A DNA stretch of 63,449 bases, counting the filler, from Octopus bimaculoides (lineage: Eukaryota): NCBI RefSeq assembly GCF_001194135.2. It is 3 parts of 3 records of this genome, joined end to end, with 100 filler letters (N's around TTAATTAATTAA, not from the genome) between each part and the next. Parts side by side here need not be neighbours in the genome. Positions count along the whole stretch, not along the records: positions 36,611 to 63,449 come from NC_068984.1; 2 more parts are not named here. One strand, given 5' to 3'. Position 1 is the stretch's first letter. The number at the start of each line of letters is the position of its first letter. Under the pieces are notes generated by a model. That model saw only the letters and a program-made list of their open reading frames with translations. It was not told the origin of the DNA and searched no databases. Below are positions 50,661 to 63,449 of this stretch, one piece after another. The position numbers and the translations under genes were made by a program.

Positions 50661-51217
50661 TTGATTTTATAGTTTTCAATAGACAACACACCATTTTCCA
50701 TCATGGCGTGTTATATTTATGCCACGTAACAGTAAAGGCTCTGAGCGTATCAATTGTTATTCTTTTCGGACAGAAATTAATTTCTGTTTTCTTGAAGGCT
50801 TTCGAAGCCTGCAACGAAGAGAATCTATATTTGTTCAAATCTAATGATTTGTAGAAAATATAATGTTATACATATCTAGATTTTGTCAAACTCAAGGAAT
50901 GAATATTTTAAGGAATTTTCGCAAGCCATTTGAAGTTCAAACTCCAGAGCATAAGATTCCAAAATTAATCTGCGAATAGGAACTTTCTCATTTTAGATAC
51001 GTCACCTCTGCTTAAAGAAACTATTGACATAATCGGCACATGTTTTAGCGCGTCCCTTCATAGCAACGTAATCTTATATTGAAGGTGGAACATATTTCCT
51101 TATCCAACAGAATTGGGTAAATACACTTCTTTCTGTAAGGCAAAATGTTTGCTTTGTGTTATATTTATTTAGCAACGTTATAAGGCTCACAGTAATATAC
51201 ATACATAGATACATGCG

Positions 51218-51297
<80 letters not shown>

Positions 51298-53314
51298 TAT
51301 ATGTATATATATGAATATACATGTATATATACATATATATTTATGTATATGTACATATATATATATGTGTTTGTGTGTATGTGTTTATTTTAAAATCATA
51401 TATGAGTAAATATATTGCCATTTCAAACGGAAGGAGATTCAATTATTTTTTCCGACAACATCTATTACTATAGAGAATTGTAGATACATGATTACTACTG
51501 AATAAAAAAAAATATGAAATTAAAGAAAAAAAACTGCTTTGCATATTATCTCTCTGATGACTTATTCAAAGGAAATGGAGAATTGACAATTTACATACGT
51601 AAGAAAAACCCATAAGGCTGACTTACTGAATCAAAGAACACTAATGAAATAATATTCATTTATACAGATAAACAGTTAATGTGTTGTATGTTTTTGTCCT
51701 TGCCAGCTGACATCTCGCCTCCGAAAACTGGCTGAGATATGATTGTTTGTAACAAGCAGAGAGTAAGCATATCGAAAACAAGCATCGGAAGGCTGGATTT
51801 TGGAGGGAGGTCATTAAGCAAATTACCGATTTGGCTGCAAAGCTGTCAGAAACTATTAAATGTGACAAAGTCTATCTGACAAAAAGAATTGGTGCCATGA
51901 CTGTTTCTTGAAATCTTTGCCCCCTGGTTTAACTGAGTTGGAAGCAATTTATGGAAGAGAAAATTCCAAGGTCACAGACTGATGTTTAGTAAGATATATC
52001 CAGTCGTGCTTTGGAAGATATATTCGCAGGACGGAAACACAGATGTATAAGATTACACTTTTCAACATGTCTGTTTTATGCTACAGGAGAATTCATAGAC
52101 ATTTTTTGTCATTTTTAACAGCAGATTTTTCGTATGGAAACTAGGAGATACTCATCCCTATCGCTGTCATCGAATTATATAAATATTTTTTTCTGATCAC
52201 CCTCTGCATGATAACTCTTCATAGCGATATAGCTTAATGCAAACATTGCTGATTCTATTTCAGCATATAATATCAAAGTTACACGAAATAACAGCTACTG
52301 ATAGAAAAAAAAAAACATGTAATATGTCGATAAATAAAGGAAGTAATATATCTGATATGTAGAAGAGGGGAAAAGGCTGCAACACACTGCAGCGAGGTTC
52401 TCTTCTATATACATTCATACTGGCTTAAAGCCAAGCGGAATGAACATTATTTGTAGCTCGATGTATGCAGCCAATATTGGTGAAGCAGTTTATTGCATTG
52501 AAAACCATTAATTAGTTTGAGAGGAAATAGCAGCATCTGAAAATTAAACAGTTTCGTCAATAAACCATGTTCCAGGGACAAACACCACCCCCGACGCTAA
52601 ACTGGCCCAAATAATCCATCATAGAGCTAGAATTTAGTTGTTATCGTTTTGTACATAGGAATGCAGCTGCCGGATTGTTAAATCATATTAAATTATCAAA
52701 CTTCACGTGCAGTAGACGAATACTCAATACAAATGAACAGCTTTACAGCACATCGTTTTTGGTGCTGTTGTTGTTGTTGTTGTTGTTGATACTGCTGATA
52801 CTGTTGTTGTTGTTGTTGTTGATGGAGCTGTTGTGTAACACCTGACCAGCTTCAGTCCAAGAGAATTAATGTCATGCAAGGAGTCTGGCAAACGACTAGA
52901 TGCAATTCTCATTTCTATCATTCCGGATGTACACTGCTGCGGCGAACTGAACGACAACATTATATATTATAATATCTATATTACAATCTCGTACTATTAT
53001 TACATATGGAATTATTACTTACGAAATGTATTTATCGATACGGTTGTACACTGAGTAAACGTGTTTGAAAGTTGTGGTTTCTTTGGTTTGTTTGTTCCCA
53101 AACAACACTTATTGTAGTGCTGTTGAGACCGTCGGATTGAATGGTACTGCCCAGGTGTCGAAACCATAATGATATGCGTGGGGCAGCTGATGATGGAAGT
53201 ACGTTGGATTGTTGGTATGGCTGTTTTTGTACATGTGGATTAGTATTATTGGATCGTTGGTATGGCTGTGGAATAATATAATAACACATCCTTTTGATAA
53301 TATAATGTATTATA

Positions 53315-53490
53315 ATGTTGGTTTCAAATTTTGGCAGAGGTGGGTAAACCGACAAACGACCTAGTGTTGAACTGGTACTTATTTTATCGACCCCGAAATG
53401 ATGAGGAAAGACAAATCGACTTCGGCGTACTTTGAACTTAAAACATAAAGGAGACATGTCATTAAGCATTTTGCTCGGCGTAACCGCTGC
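53315..53490 (-). mobile_element. SINE family 2
   Basis: gttggtttcaaattttggca..actggtacttattttatcgaccccgaa..tttgaact. Confidence 0.85.
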
Positions 53491-53634
53491 CTTATTACTA
53501 TTATAATATTATGCATCATAACACAAAGTGATTAATTTTACTGATGTTTAGTGTGAAGCTTTGGGTGTATTATACATTTTATGACCTCAACACTCTCCAG
53601 TTTATTTACATATATCTTTAAATTCTGGTGTTCA

Positions 53635-53770
53635 AAGGGAGCTAGCAAGGTGGAATCCGACAGAGCTCAACAGTGGTGCGTAACTGGTACTTAATTTATC
53701 GACCCGAAAAGACGAAAGGCAAAGTCGACCTCGGCGGAAGAGACAACCAACCTCGGAGAGACAACCAAAG
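53635..53770 (-). mobile_element. SINE family 2 fragment with a short local duplication
   Basis: gcgtaactggtacttaatttatcgacccg..gtcgacctcggcggaa, then agagacaaccaa twice. Confidence 0.75.
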
Positions 53771-54309
53771 GTTTCTGACGAGCAAAAACGTAGAAACGTG
53801 CTGATAACAGAAGATATAAGAAAAGCGGCAGAATACTTGACAAAGGGAAATTATTTATCGAACGCTTTCAGCAAAATGAAGTAATAGCTTTTTTCCCTAT
53901 GCAACATACGATACCCTACTTAACATTTGAAAGAATAATTGTTTAATTTAAGTGAAATTTTAGCTTTCACTAAATTAAGATGTTTATTAAGTTTCTCATC
54001 ATATTACAAATGTGTCGCATACACTTTTCTATGTTCTTTAGCTGAAGAAATTTGTTGGTATCATACATAACAATAACACACTAAATATGTTGGCGTGCTT
54101 TAAAACAATGGTTAGCATTAAATATCTTATTACGTCAGTTTCTGTGTATTTCCGGTCATGATACTTCGTTTCAAGTACATCCAGACAAGGAACGAGGACT
54201 AGCGCAGATAGAGAGATGCTTAGTGACGTGTTTACGGTTAATTAGAATAATTAGGACAGCAGGAATAATCTATAATTTACTTATCTAAATGGGGAAGGTT
54301 TTGTAGAAT

Positions 54310-54310
<1 letters not shown>

Positions 54311-54379
<69 letters not shown>

Positions 54380-54682
54380 GATGATGATGATAATGATGAT
54401 GATGGTGGTGGTGGTGGTGATGGTGGTGGTGATGATGATGATGNNNNNNNNNNNNNNNNNNNNNNNNNNNNNNNNNNNNNNNNNNNNNNNNNNNNNNNNN
54501 NNNNNNNNNNNGATGGTGGTGGTGGTGGTGGTGGTGGTGGTGGTGGTGATGATGATGATGGTGGTGGTGGTGGTGGTGGTGGTGGTGATGATGATAACGA
54601 TGAAAGTGACGACGATAATGACGACAAATACGATGAAGCCGATGGAAATTGCTTGACAATAATGGTGCCGACGACAACGATT

Positions 54683-54726
<44 letters not shown>

Positions 54727-54758
54727 AATGATGATGATGATGATGATGATGATAATGA

Positions 54759-54792
<34 letters not shown>

Positions 54793-54892
54793 GATGATGA
54801 TGNNNNNNNNNNACGATGACGATAATGGTGATGATGATGTGATGGCAGCACGAGCGATGACGTTCATAATGATGCTGATGATGCTGATGGTT
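54311..54892. repeat. (GAT)n/(GGT)n triplet array
   Basis: Direct reading. Confidence 0.95.
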
Positions 54893-54954
54893 TAGCATTT
54901 TTTATTGTTGGCAGGACATTAAATAATGCGATCATGTTACTTTTAATTTTCTGA

Positions 54955-54994
<40 letters not shown>

Positions 54995-55941
54995 ATGTGT
55001 GCATTCATGTGTGTGTGTGTGTTTGTGCGTGTGCATACGTGCGCTTCTGTTTGTATAGAGGGAGATAATAAAAAAATAATCATATCCATATCTATTACGT
55101 TACCGTACACTCCATATTTCACCAGGTAGCGGTAAGAATAATTAAGTAATTTTCCCTGTCACCCTAAATTAATAAAAGGGGCAACACTACCTGCCTTGGA
55201 GAAGATTCAATCTCATGACCCGTCAGTCTTTCAGAAGAAGATAAATTATTAGTTCCCTCATTTTGTCGGACATATTTCTGTAAAATATGGTAGCAAAGCA
55301 CGTCTTGTAAATAGACAGAAAATTATTCATTTGAATGTTTGATAACTTTGTCCTCAAGGACTTCTGAGACAATGTGGACAAATTAATAATTAAATATTGA
55401 CTGCTTCTATAGAAATAATGGTATTACTACTTCATATAACTTTCTGCTATTTAACTTTTCTGAAATAGAAAAAAAAGTTCTTATGTTCGTTTTCTTTCAT
55501 ATATTATCAGACTAATTTATAAAGATCTATTTGCTGTTATAATCGCTTTCTTCCACAATTTAGCTTACAGCTGACGTCTGTTTTATATTTAAATTAAAAA
55601 TACATACTATGTACATATGTAGGGACAGAAAACTTTGAGAAAGTTATTTCTAATATGTGTGTATATATATATGCAAATACAAACATATCATTGCTTATTA
55701 TCTGCGGATTTTCCATGTCTAGATCTTTCATATGTTCTCTACTTATCTCTGATAACAGAATAGCCCATACTCAGGCATGTCTGGTCTATCACTTGGGATA
55801 TCCCAGAAACAGCTGTAAGACCTTAACTAATTTAAGAATGATATAAAATAATGTATATGATTTGAGATGGTTGTTATGCCTCGGCGTTTGTTGTCCTTTT
55901 CACAATATATATATATATATACACGAGTGTGTGTGAATGTA

Positions 55942-56033
<92 letters not shown>

Positions 56034-56779
56034 NNNNNNNNNNNNNNNNNNNNNNNNNNNNNNNNNNNNNNNNNNNNNNNNNNNNNNNNNNNNNNNNNNN
56101 NNNNNNNNNNNNNNNNNNNNNNNNNNNNNNNNNNNNNNNNNNNNNNNNNNNNNNNNNNNNNNNNNNNNNNNNNNNNNNNNNNNNNNNNNNNNNNNNNNNN
56201 NNNNNNNNNNNNNNNNNNNNNNNNNNNNNNNNNNNNNNNNNNNNNNNNNNNNNNNNNNNNNNNNNNNNNNNNNNNNNNNNNNNNNNNNNNNNNNNNNNNN
56301 NNNNNNNNNNNNNNNNNNNNNNNNNNNNNNNNNNNNNNNNNNNNNNNNNNNNNNNNNNNNNNNNNNNNNNNNNNNNNNNNNNNNNNNNNNNNNNNNNNNN
56401 NNNNNNNNNNNNNNNNNNNNNNNNNNNNNNNNNNNNNNNNNNNNNNNNNNNNNNNNNNNNNNNNNNNNNNNNNNNNNNNNNNNNNNNNNNNNNNNNNNNN
56501 NNNNNNNNNNNNNNNNNNNNNNNNNNNNNNNNNNNNNNNNNNNNNNNNNNNNNNNNNNNNNNNNNNNNNNNNNNNNNATATATATATATATATATATAAG
56601 GAAGAGTTAATAGAGGTCACAAAGTGACAGAGGGTACTGACTAGCACCGCTTTTGCTAAAAATAAGAGTTAAAACAAACTCAATAAGCCACAAAAGCACC
56701 GTCTTAACAACTGAAAGCCAGCATATTTTCAACAGTTTTTCTTATGAGACTGACAGAGGTAGCTGCGTTTAACCCTAAG

Positions 56780-56835
56780 AGTCACTGATGAGGATTAAGG
56801 TGGTATAAATCAAAATTCGAAATCGTGATCCGACT
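56780..56835 (+). ncRNA. Type I hammerhead ribozyme-like motif
   Basis: AGUCA-CUGAUGA-GGAUU(17-nt loop)AAUUC-GAAA-UCGUGA-UC-CGACU: intact core, 5-bp stem II, self-complementary stem III, AUC triplet, stem I with one A-C mismatch. Confidence 0.5.
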
Positions 56836-57644
56836 ATGTATGCTGGAGAATTTACCTCTCTTTGTCGAATTCCCTTATCCTATGATGAGCTGCTTTACTC
56901 TATGATGAACGAGGAAGACTAGAGATTCTCAACCATTTTTCTTGGACCCCTTTGATCATTATTTTATTCTGGTGGATCTCTATAGCCATTCGATGTTTAA
57001 AAATTAGTTTCATAGAAGCTTCTTTCAAAATTCCTATTTTGCTTTCTATACATTAACTTGTGTAGGTTGAACTATGTGACAACAGCGTCGATCCAAGACA
57101 TTCACCCTCCTCTGTCTTGGCGAAATCCAAGCCATATGTTAATGATACTAAGAAATATCCATTCTTCTTTGAACATTCCTCTTACATGAAGCAATTCCAA
57201 CTCATTGCTTAATTCGAGATCTGAAATTTTTAGCAGGTGTAGACACATGGACCAATTTCCTTTCCCAAATTGGAGGACACCACCTGCACCGGATTGACTT
57301 GCTGTTGCGCAGATTTTAACATATTTTCTGTTATTTTGTTCTAAACCAGTTGCATTTAATGAGCTTTCTGCAATTATTGAGGACAAGGATCTTAGTTTTC
57401 TTGATTTCGTTTCCTTTTCTCGTTCCACTTTTTTTTCACCAACCTTCTTTACGTTTTTTCCGTGTGTTTTCTCACTTTCTTACTGTCCAGCATCCTTCTT
57501 TTTAAAATACATATAAAGCATAAACAGAGACTGAAAGATAGCTTTGAGATAAGTGGCACGTTTTATAAATATGCGTGTTCAAGTTTCATAAAAGCACGAA
57601 ACTATTAGTAGCTCTTTCCACTGTCTATTTAAAATCATATGTAC

Positions 57645-57686
<42 letters not shown>

Positions 57687-58078
57687 GTAAGTAATGAAAA
57701 CTCAAAGAGGTGAACTCTTTTCAAGAAACAAAACCGTAGGGCTCAATAACGGCAGTTAGATTCTTTCGTATTTATTGGGTTTATTTGAGGACTTCCCTTT
57801 TGGGATTATTGTGAACTGTCATCTTGATGAGATGACAGTTGAGATTCTTTTGATTTGTCTGTAATTATGCAATTCTTCACCCAACTTTGATTTCGGTACG
57901 GAATTACACTGTAATATGTGTATGTATACATACATACATACATATATATATGTAATTAGGGATGAAAATCCAAATTTACAGGGAAAAATTCAATTTAATT
58001 TAATTTATGTCAGTGTTGATTTGCAGTGATGAATTCAATAATTATGTTTTTTTCTCTAAATTATATATATATATATAT

Positions 58079-58150
<72 letters not shown>

Positions 58151-58934
58151 NNNNNNNNNNNNNNNNNNNNNNNNNNNNNNNNNNNNNNNNNNNNNNNNNN
58201 NNNNNNNNNNNNNNNNNNNNNNNNNNNNNNNNNNNNNNNNNNNNNNNNNNNNNNNNNNNNNNNNNNNNNNNNNNNNNNNNNNNNNNNNNNNNNNNNNNNN
58301 NNNNNNNNNNNNNNNNNNNNNNNNNNNNNNNNNNNNNNNNNNNNNNNNNNNNNNNNNNNNNNNNNNNNNNNNNNNNNNNNNNNNNNNNNNNNNNNNNNNN
58401 NNNNNNNNNNNNNNNNNNNNNNNNNNNNNNNNNNNNNNNNNNNNNNNNNNNNNNNNNNNNNNNNNNNNNNNNNNNNNNNNNNNNNNNNNNNNNNNNNNNN
58501 NNNNNNNNNNNNNNNNNNNNNNNNNNNNNNNNNNNNNNNNNNNNNNNNNNNNNNNNNNNNNNNNNNNNNNNNNNNNNNNNNNNNNNNNNNNNNNNNNNNN
58601 NNNNNNNNNNNNNNNNNNNNNNNNNNNNNNNNNNNNNNNNNNNNNNNNNNNNNNNNNNNNNNNNNNNNNNNNNNNNNNNNNNNNNNNNNNNNNNNNNNNN
58701 NNNNNNNNNNNNNNNNNNNNNNNNNNNNNNNNNNNNNNNNNNNNNNNNNNNNNNNNNNNNNNNNNNNNNNNNNNNNNNNNNNNNNNNNNNNNNNNNNNNN
58801 NNNNNNNNNNNNNNNNNNNNNNNNNNNNNNNNNNNNNNNNNNNNNNNNNNNNNNNNNNNNNNNNNNNNNNNNNNNNNNNNNNNNNNNNNNNNNNNNNNNN
58901 NNNNNNNNNNNNNNNNNNNNNNNNNNNNNNNNNN

Positions 58935-58993
<59 letters not shown>

Positions 58994-60529
58994 ATAAGTA
59001 ATGAATATGTTTGTACGTTCGTTTACATACATACACACACGCACGCACACATCCTGTAGTTGAGGAAATTAAAACTCCAATTAACCGCCTGTACTGTAGT
59101 GTGTATTTCATACAAGAAGAGAACAAATTCTGAAGAAAGTTATAGTTTTTCTTTTGATTTATAAAGCAATGTTCAACGATGAAGGTAAGAAGGTGACGAA
59201 AAAGCATAGAACAAGAACTGAAAGTAAATGTTTTACTCATTATATATTTAATTATATTTCAAAAGCAAAATAAAAAAAAAATATCATTTAGACCGTCATA
59301 CTGATCAGTTCCAAATTGCTTTGTAACACAAAAATTTCTAGTCGATTTTCCCTCCTCTTAACAGTTCGACACCTTACAAAGGGAATATATATATATAGTG
59401 ATGCATCTCTAACAGATTAGTCATCTGTTTATTAGTCCGTTGTGAGTTTGAATTAGTGAAGAATAACTAGAGAACTATGCCATCCGATAAATGATTCATA
59501 AACTTGCACAGCATGGTCTATTCATAAATGCTGAATAAAACATACATACTAAACTAATGAAAGCTGCTAGTAAATGCCATCTCACGACAAGCTACTATTC
59601 TTCAAGTCCCAAACGTGCCTTTAGTTTTTGTATGAATAGTAAACACATAAAATTATTGTTTAAAATCAACTTTGAGATTATCCAAGCATCTAAGGATAAT
59701 ATCATTATTCCAATATCGCCATCTAATGTCATATTTCATTGAGATTAGCGTCTAATCTTGGGAAAATTGTGAATATTTATTACATTTATTTCACAGTATA
59801 TGATCATGCCTACAGAATGTTGCTTTCGTTAAAGAACTGGCAACAAAATCACAACAGTTTTAGCAATACAGAATTAATCTTGCCCCAACAGAATTAATCT
59901 TGCCACGATGTTTAAACGGGTAATAATTCGAATAACTATGCAAGAAGTTATATAAATTGCGTGGCCAGTAACAAAAAGCAACGAGAAATATAATAGAAAT
60001 AAGATATCTTTAAGCCGAATACCCATAACAAAGTTTATAGCGTTTTCACTTCAATAACGCTTTTAAGAACTTTGAAAACGGCTGGAAGTCAGACTCCCAT
60101 TCATGCTTTCTCCACCATTATAACCAAAGGGAAAAAAATCACGCCAAATTCTAATATACAGTGCAGCTAATAACTTGGGAGCATGGCTAAATGCAGAAGG
60201 CTGACATTCTGTGTATCTATTTAGTTAATATGCTTCAAAATAATGTAAGACCACCAGCAATAAAAATAACAAAACATTTTAAGGCTGTGCAGATTCTTTC
60301 TTATTCAACTGTGGTGGTCATCTTACTCTTTTTGAAGCAGGGACATACTGCTGGATGCTCTTCCTGTCACCAACTCTTTCAATCGTTTCTTACGGCAAAC
60401 GAGGATGCGATGTACCTCGTTCGAAACTGGCATAAGCGCAGTGAAGCAATCAATACATCAATGACACAACAAAAAATAACTTCAGTTTCTAACATAGATT
60501 AATAAAAGAAATTCATTTCGGGAATGGGA

Positions 60530-62625
60530 AGTGGAGTAGGAGAGCCATTTTCATAACTCCTCTTCCCTTCTTAACTCCTTTCTCCTCCTCCTCCTATTTT
60601 AAGACACGAGTCGGTTGTAGATGATGCAGTAACTGATACTTTAGAACAAAGACCTGTCATCAGCACCTCAGTAGACGAGGCAGCACCTCAGTAGACGAGG
60701 CAGCACCTCAGTAGACGAGGCAGTNNNNNNNNNNNNNNNNNNNNNNNNNNNNNNNNNNNNNNNNNNNNNNNNNNNNNNCCTCAGTAGACGAGGCAGCACC
60801 TCAGTAGACGAGGCAGCACCTCAGTAGACGAGGCAGTAACAGCAATAAATAAGTTAAATCTTGGGAAAGCACTCGATAAACACGAAATTTGTGCTGAGAT
60901 CTTGCGGTTTGGTTGTGGTCGTACCACACAGAATCTTCACGAACTTATTTGTGTGGTCTGAAGAGAATATTGCTGTTCCCAAGAACTGAAAGGGTGCAAT
61001 TGCTCTCTCAAAAGAAAATGAAGTCAGAAAAAAAGAGTGGCATCTTCAAAGATATTAGCCTACTGTCAGTTACCGTCAAGGTTCTGACAAGTGTTCTTGT
61101 TACCCGCCGGAATAAATACCTTATAAATGACGTCCTATCTTAATCTTAATATGAGTTTCGATCTGATAGAGGAACAATGGATGTGATATTCACAGCAAGA
61201 TAGATGCAGAAGTGTTATGAGTAAAAGATGGATAATGCCCAGATTTTTATTGATTTAACCAAAGCTATCGATACTGTGAATTGGAACTCCCTGTGAAAAA
61301 TACCCAGCATACTTGGTGGTCCGAGTCACATTTTATCGATAACTAAGACATTTCATGATGTGATGGCCGTATGGGTCAATGTCAGTGGTTGCATGGCGTG
61401 TTCCAATCCTGTAAAGAATTGTGTCAAGCAAGATAGCATTCTTGCCCCAATACTCTTTTACTTGTATTTTGTTGCCACTCTCGCTCATGATTTTACCTTG
61501 GGTTGCTCTTCTGGAATATATAGGAGGTATCGAACTCCTGATCGTCTCTTTAACTTACGTCAATATGATGCCAATTTGCCTCAATGTTACATCAATTCGA
61601 AAGATTTTCATTCTTTTCTTCTTTATACGAATGATTGCAACTTAGCTGCACATTCAGTGAAAGTCATGCAAATTATCGTGCATCATATTTCTGCATCTTG
61701 CAAGACATCTGAATTCAGCATTAGCTTAAAGAAAACTTGTAATGTTCCAGCCAGAGAACCACATGTGAAACCATTTATCTTAGTTGAAGGAAAAGTAGTG
61801 AAAGTGGGAAGCAAGCTTGACTCCCTGGGCCGCACATTCGGTTGTTCTTCCACTATGGATGATGACATTTCTTTAAAACTTCATAAATCAATTGATTCCC
61901 TGGGGGTTCCTGAATTTTGCGTCAGATCTTGCCATGGTATCACAAGCTGAATAACAGTTGCTGTGTACTGTGCGTGTGTGCTGACGTCGCACCTTTACTC
62001 ATCTCGTCCATTGACGCTTGACAGGCATCATGTAAAGGTCCTTCAAAGCTTCGATCAGAGATATTTCAGACACATTTGGCAGGTCCTTGTGGACTCCAGA
62101 CAGATAGATCTTCAGGGGAGCCAACACCCACATCATTGAAAGCGATGGTGCACAAGCACCGTTTGCGTTAGAATGGACTCCTTGTTCGGATGAAAGATTG
62201 GCGGATTCGTTGGCAAAGCTATATTGCGAACTTGTTCGTGAAAGCGCATCCAGCGGAAACCAAGGCTGCAATTTAATGATTGGATAAAGTCCTCATCGAA
62301 ACCATGTGAGTAATGAGAGGCTATTTGGGAAAGGAATGATTGTCATCTCCACCATCGGAGGAAACAAATAGTGGAAGGAGAGGAGTGGCTAATTTCGAAA
62401 GAACAGACATTTTTTTTTTTGCAGAATTTAAGCGATCTACTCGAAAACGCTCCGCCATTGTCGTGACTGGAGACAGCTTGGTCTGCAGTATCTGCGGACG
62501 TGTGTGGTTATCGAGAGCTGGGCTCATTAGTCACCAGCAGAGCCACAAGTGTAAAGGTGCAAATTTGTCTCGGTGTCCGATGTTCATAATGGTCAGTAAC
62601 CATCATCTTCGGTCACGAAGGTACA
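60530..62625 (+). mobile_element. Decayed RTE-clade LINE (RT and C-terminus)
   Basis: TSVDEAVTAINKLNLGKA..AEIL, FKDISLLSVTVKVL, FRSDRGTMDVIFTARQ, IFIDLTKAIDTVN, VKQDSILAPILF, LLYTNDCNL, terminal C-x2-C knuckle CSICGRVWLSRAGLISH, and a 3' hairpin CTTCG-GTCA-CGAAG at 62607-62620. Confidence 0.9.
60661..60836 (+). repeat. 20-bp tandem repeat (CAGCACCTCAGTAGACGAGG) inside the RTE ORF
   Basis: Identical head-to-tail units without spacers; three units on each side of a 54-N gap. Confidence 0.95.
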
Positions 62626-63022
62626 GCAATCGTAACCATAATATATATATATATATATATATATANNNNNNNNNNNNNNNNNNNNNNNNNNNNNNNNNNN
62701 NNNNNNNNNNNNNNNNNNNNNNNNNNNNNNNNNNNNNNNNNNNNNNNNNNNNNNNNNNNNNNNNNNNNNNNNNNNNNNNNNNNNNNNNNNNNNNNNNNNN
62801 NNNNNNNNNNNNNNNNNNNNNNNNNNNNNNNNNNNNNNNNNNNNNNNNNNNNNNNNNNNNNNNNNNNNNNNNNNNNNNNNNNNNNNNNNNNNNNNNNNNN
62901 NNNNNNNNNNNNNNNNNNNNNNNNNNNNNNNNNNNNNNNNNNNNNNNNNNNNNNNNNNNNNNNNNNNNNNNNNNNNNNNNNNNNNNNNNNNNNNNNNNNN
63001 NNNNNNNNNNNNNNNNNNNNNN

Positions 63023-63062
<40 letters not shown>

Positions 63063-63449
63063 AGTATACACACATACACGCGTGTGTATGTGTGTAAGTA
63101 TGGATGCGCATTTCAACTTGCATTTACCAGAATTTTCTGAGCACCGACAGCAATCAAATCAGTCTGTAGTAGCCATTAACCCTAAATCCCAAGATGTATA
63201 CACCCTCCATCTCATACATATGAATAACACACTTCTATATACGAAATTTTATTATGTATATACATATGTGTGTTTGTATGTATATACATCCATAAATATA
63301 TGTGCGGCGTCTATATAAGCTGCTTGTGAATCTATTTATGAGGATCAGATTATCTGAATTAACAAACATATGAGTGTCTGTATAACTGTATAATCTTGTG
63401 TATAATATACATACACTGCAACAAATTATATATATATATATATATATAT

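Noticed and set aside
51553-51600. CUGAUGA..GAAA on the plus strand
   Set aside because: Weak 3-bp stem II and no stem I; consistent with chance.
54277-54898. Poly-His/Met/Ile ORFs
   Set aside because: Translations of a (GAT)/(GGT) microsatellite; likewise 33647-35285.
57102-57428. 108-aa minus-strand ORF; possible GIY-YIG or RT remnant next to the hammerhead
   Set aside because: Only scattered short resemblances in different frames and no ordered motif series, so left unassigned.
60661-60836. CRISPR-like array of identical 20-bp repeats
   Set aside because: No spacers, eukaryotic context, and the unit derives from RTE coding sequence.

Overview
Eukaryotic, AT-rich, microsatellite-saturated DNA with roughly 5.5 kb of N gaps. 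The tRNA-derived SINE families and the (TA)n/(CA)n/(TACA)n/(GAT)n load look like an Octopus genome; this is inference from pattern recognition, not a database match. I cannot identify any host protein-coding gene with confidence. The long ORFs in the track are artefacts of gaps and simple repeats. Supported content is mostly transposon debris: a Tigger/pogo transposase pseudogene (18.1-20.9 kb), a second pogo remnant (10.9-11.8 kb), a full-length decayed mariner (38.4-39.7 kb), two maT/Bmmar1-like fragments, a Tc1 3' end, two MITEs, a CR1-like and an RTE-like LINE, Penelope-type repeats and about 20 SINE copies from several families. Two 100-bp N-TTAATTAATTAA-N spacers are artificial joins, so contiguity across 27.8 kb and 36.5 kb is not guaranteed. 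Best leads: (1) five 3' ends of an R4/Dong-like restriction-endonuclease LINE, nearly all ending at the same point in (TACA)n-type tracts, suggesting a microsatellite-targeting retrotransposon; (2) several minimal hammerhead-ribozyme-like motifs with palindromic stem III; (3) a CpG-depleted block at about 21.5-27.4 kb suggesting germline methylation; (4) candidate spliced exons at 2.4-3.0 kb (minus) and 37.3-44.0 kb (plus).
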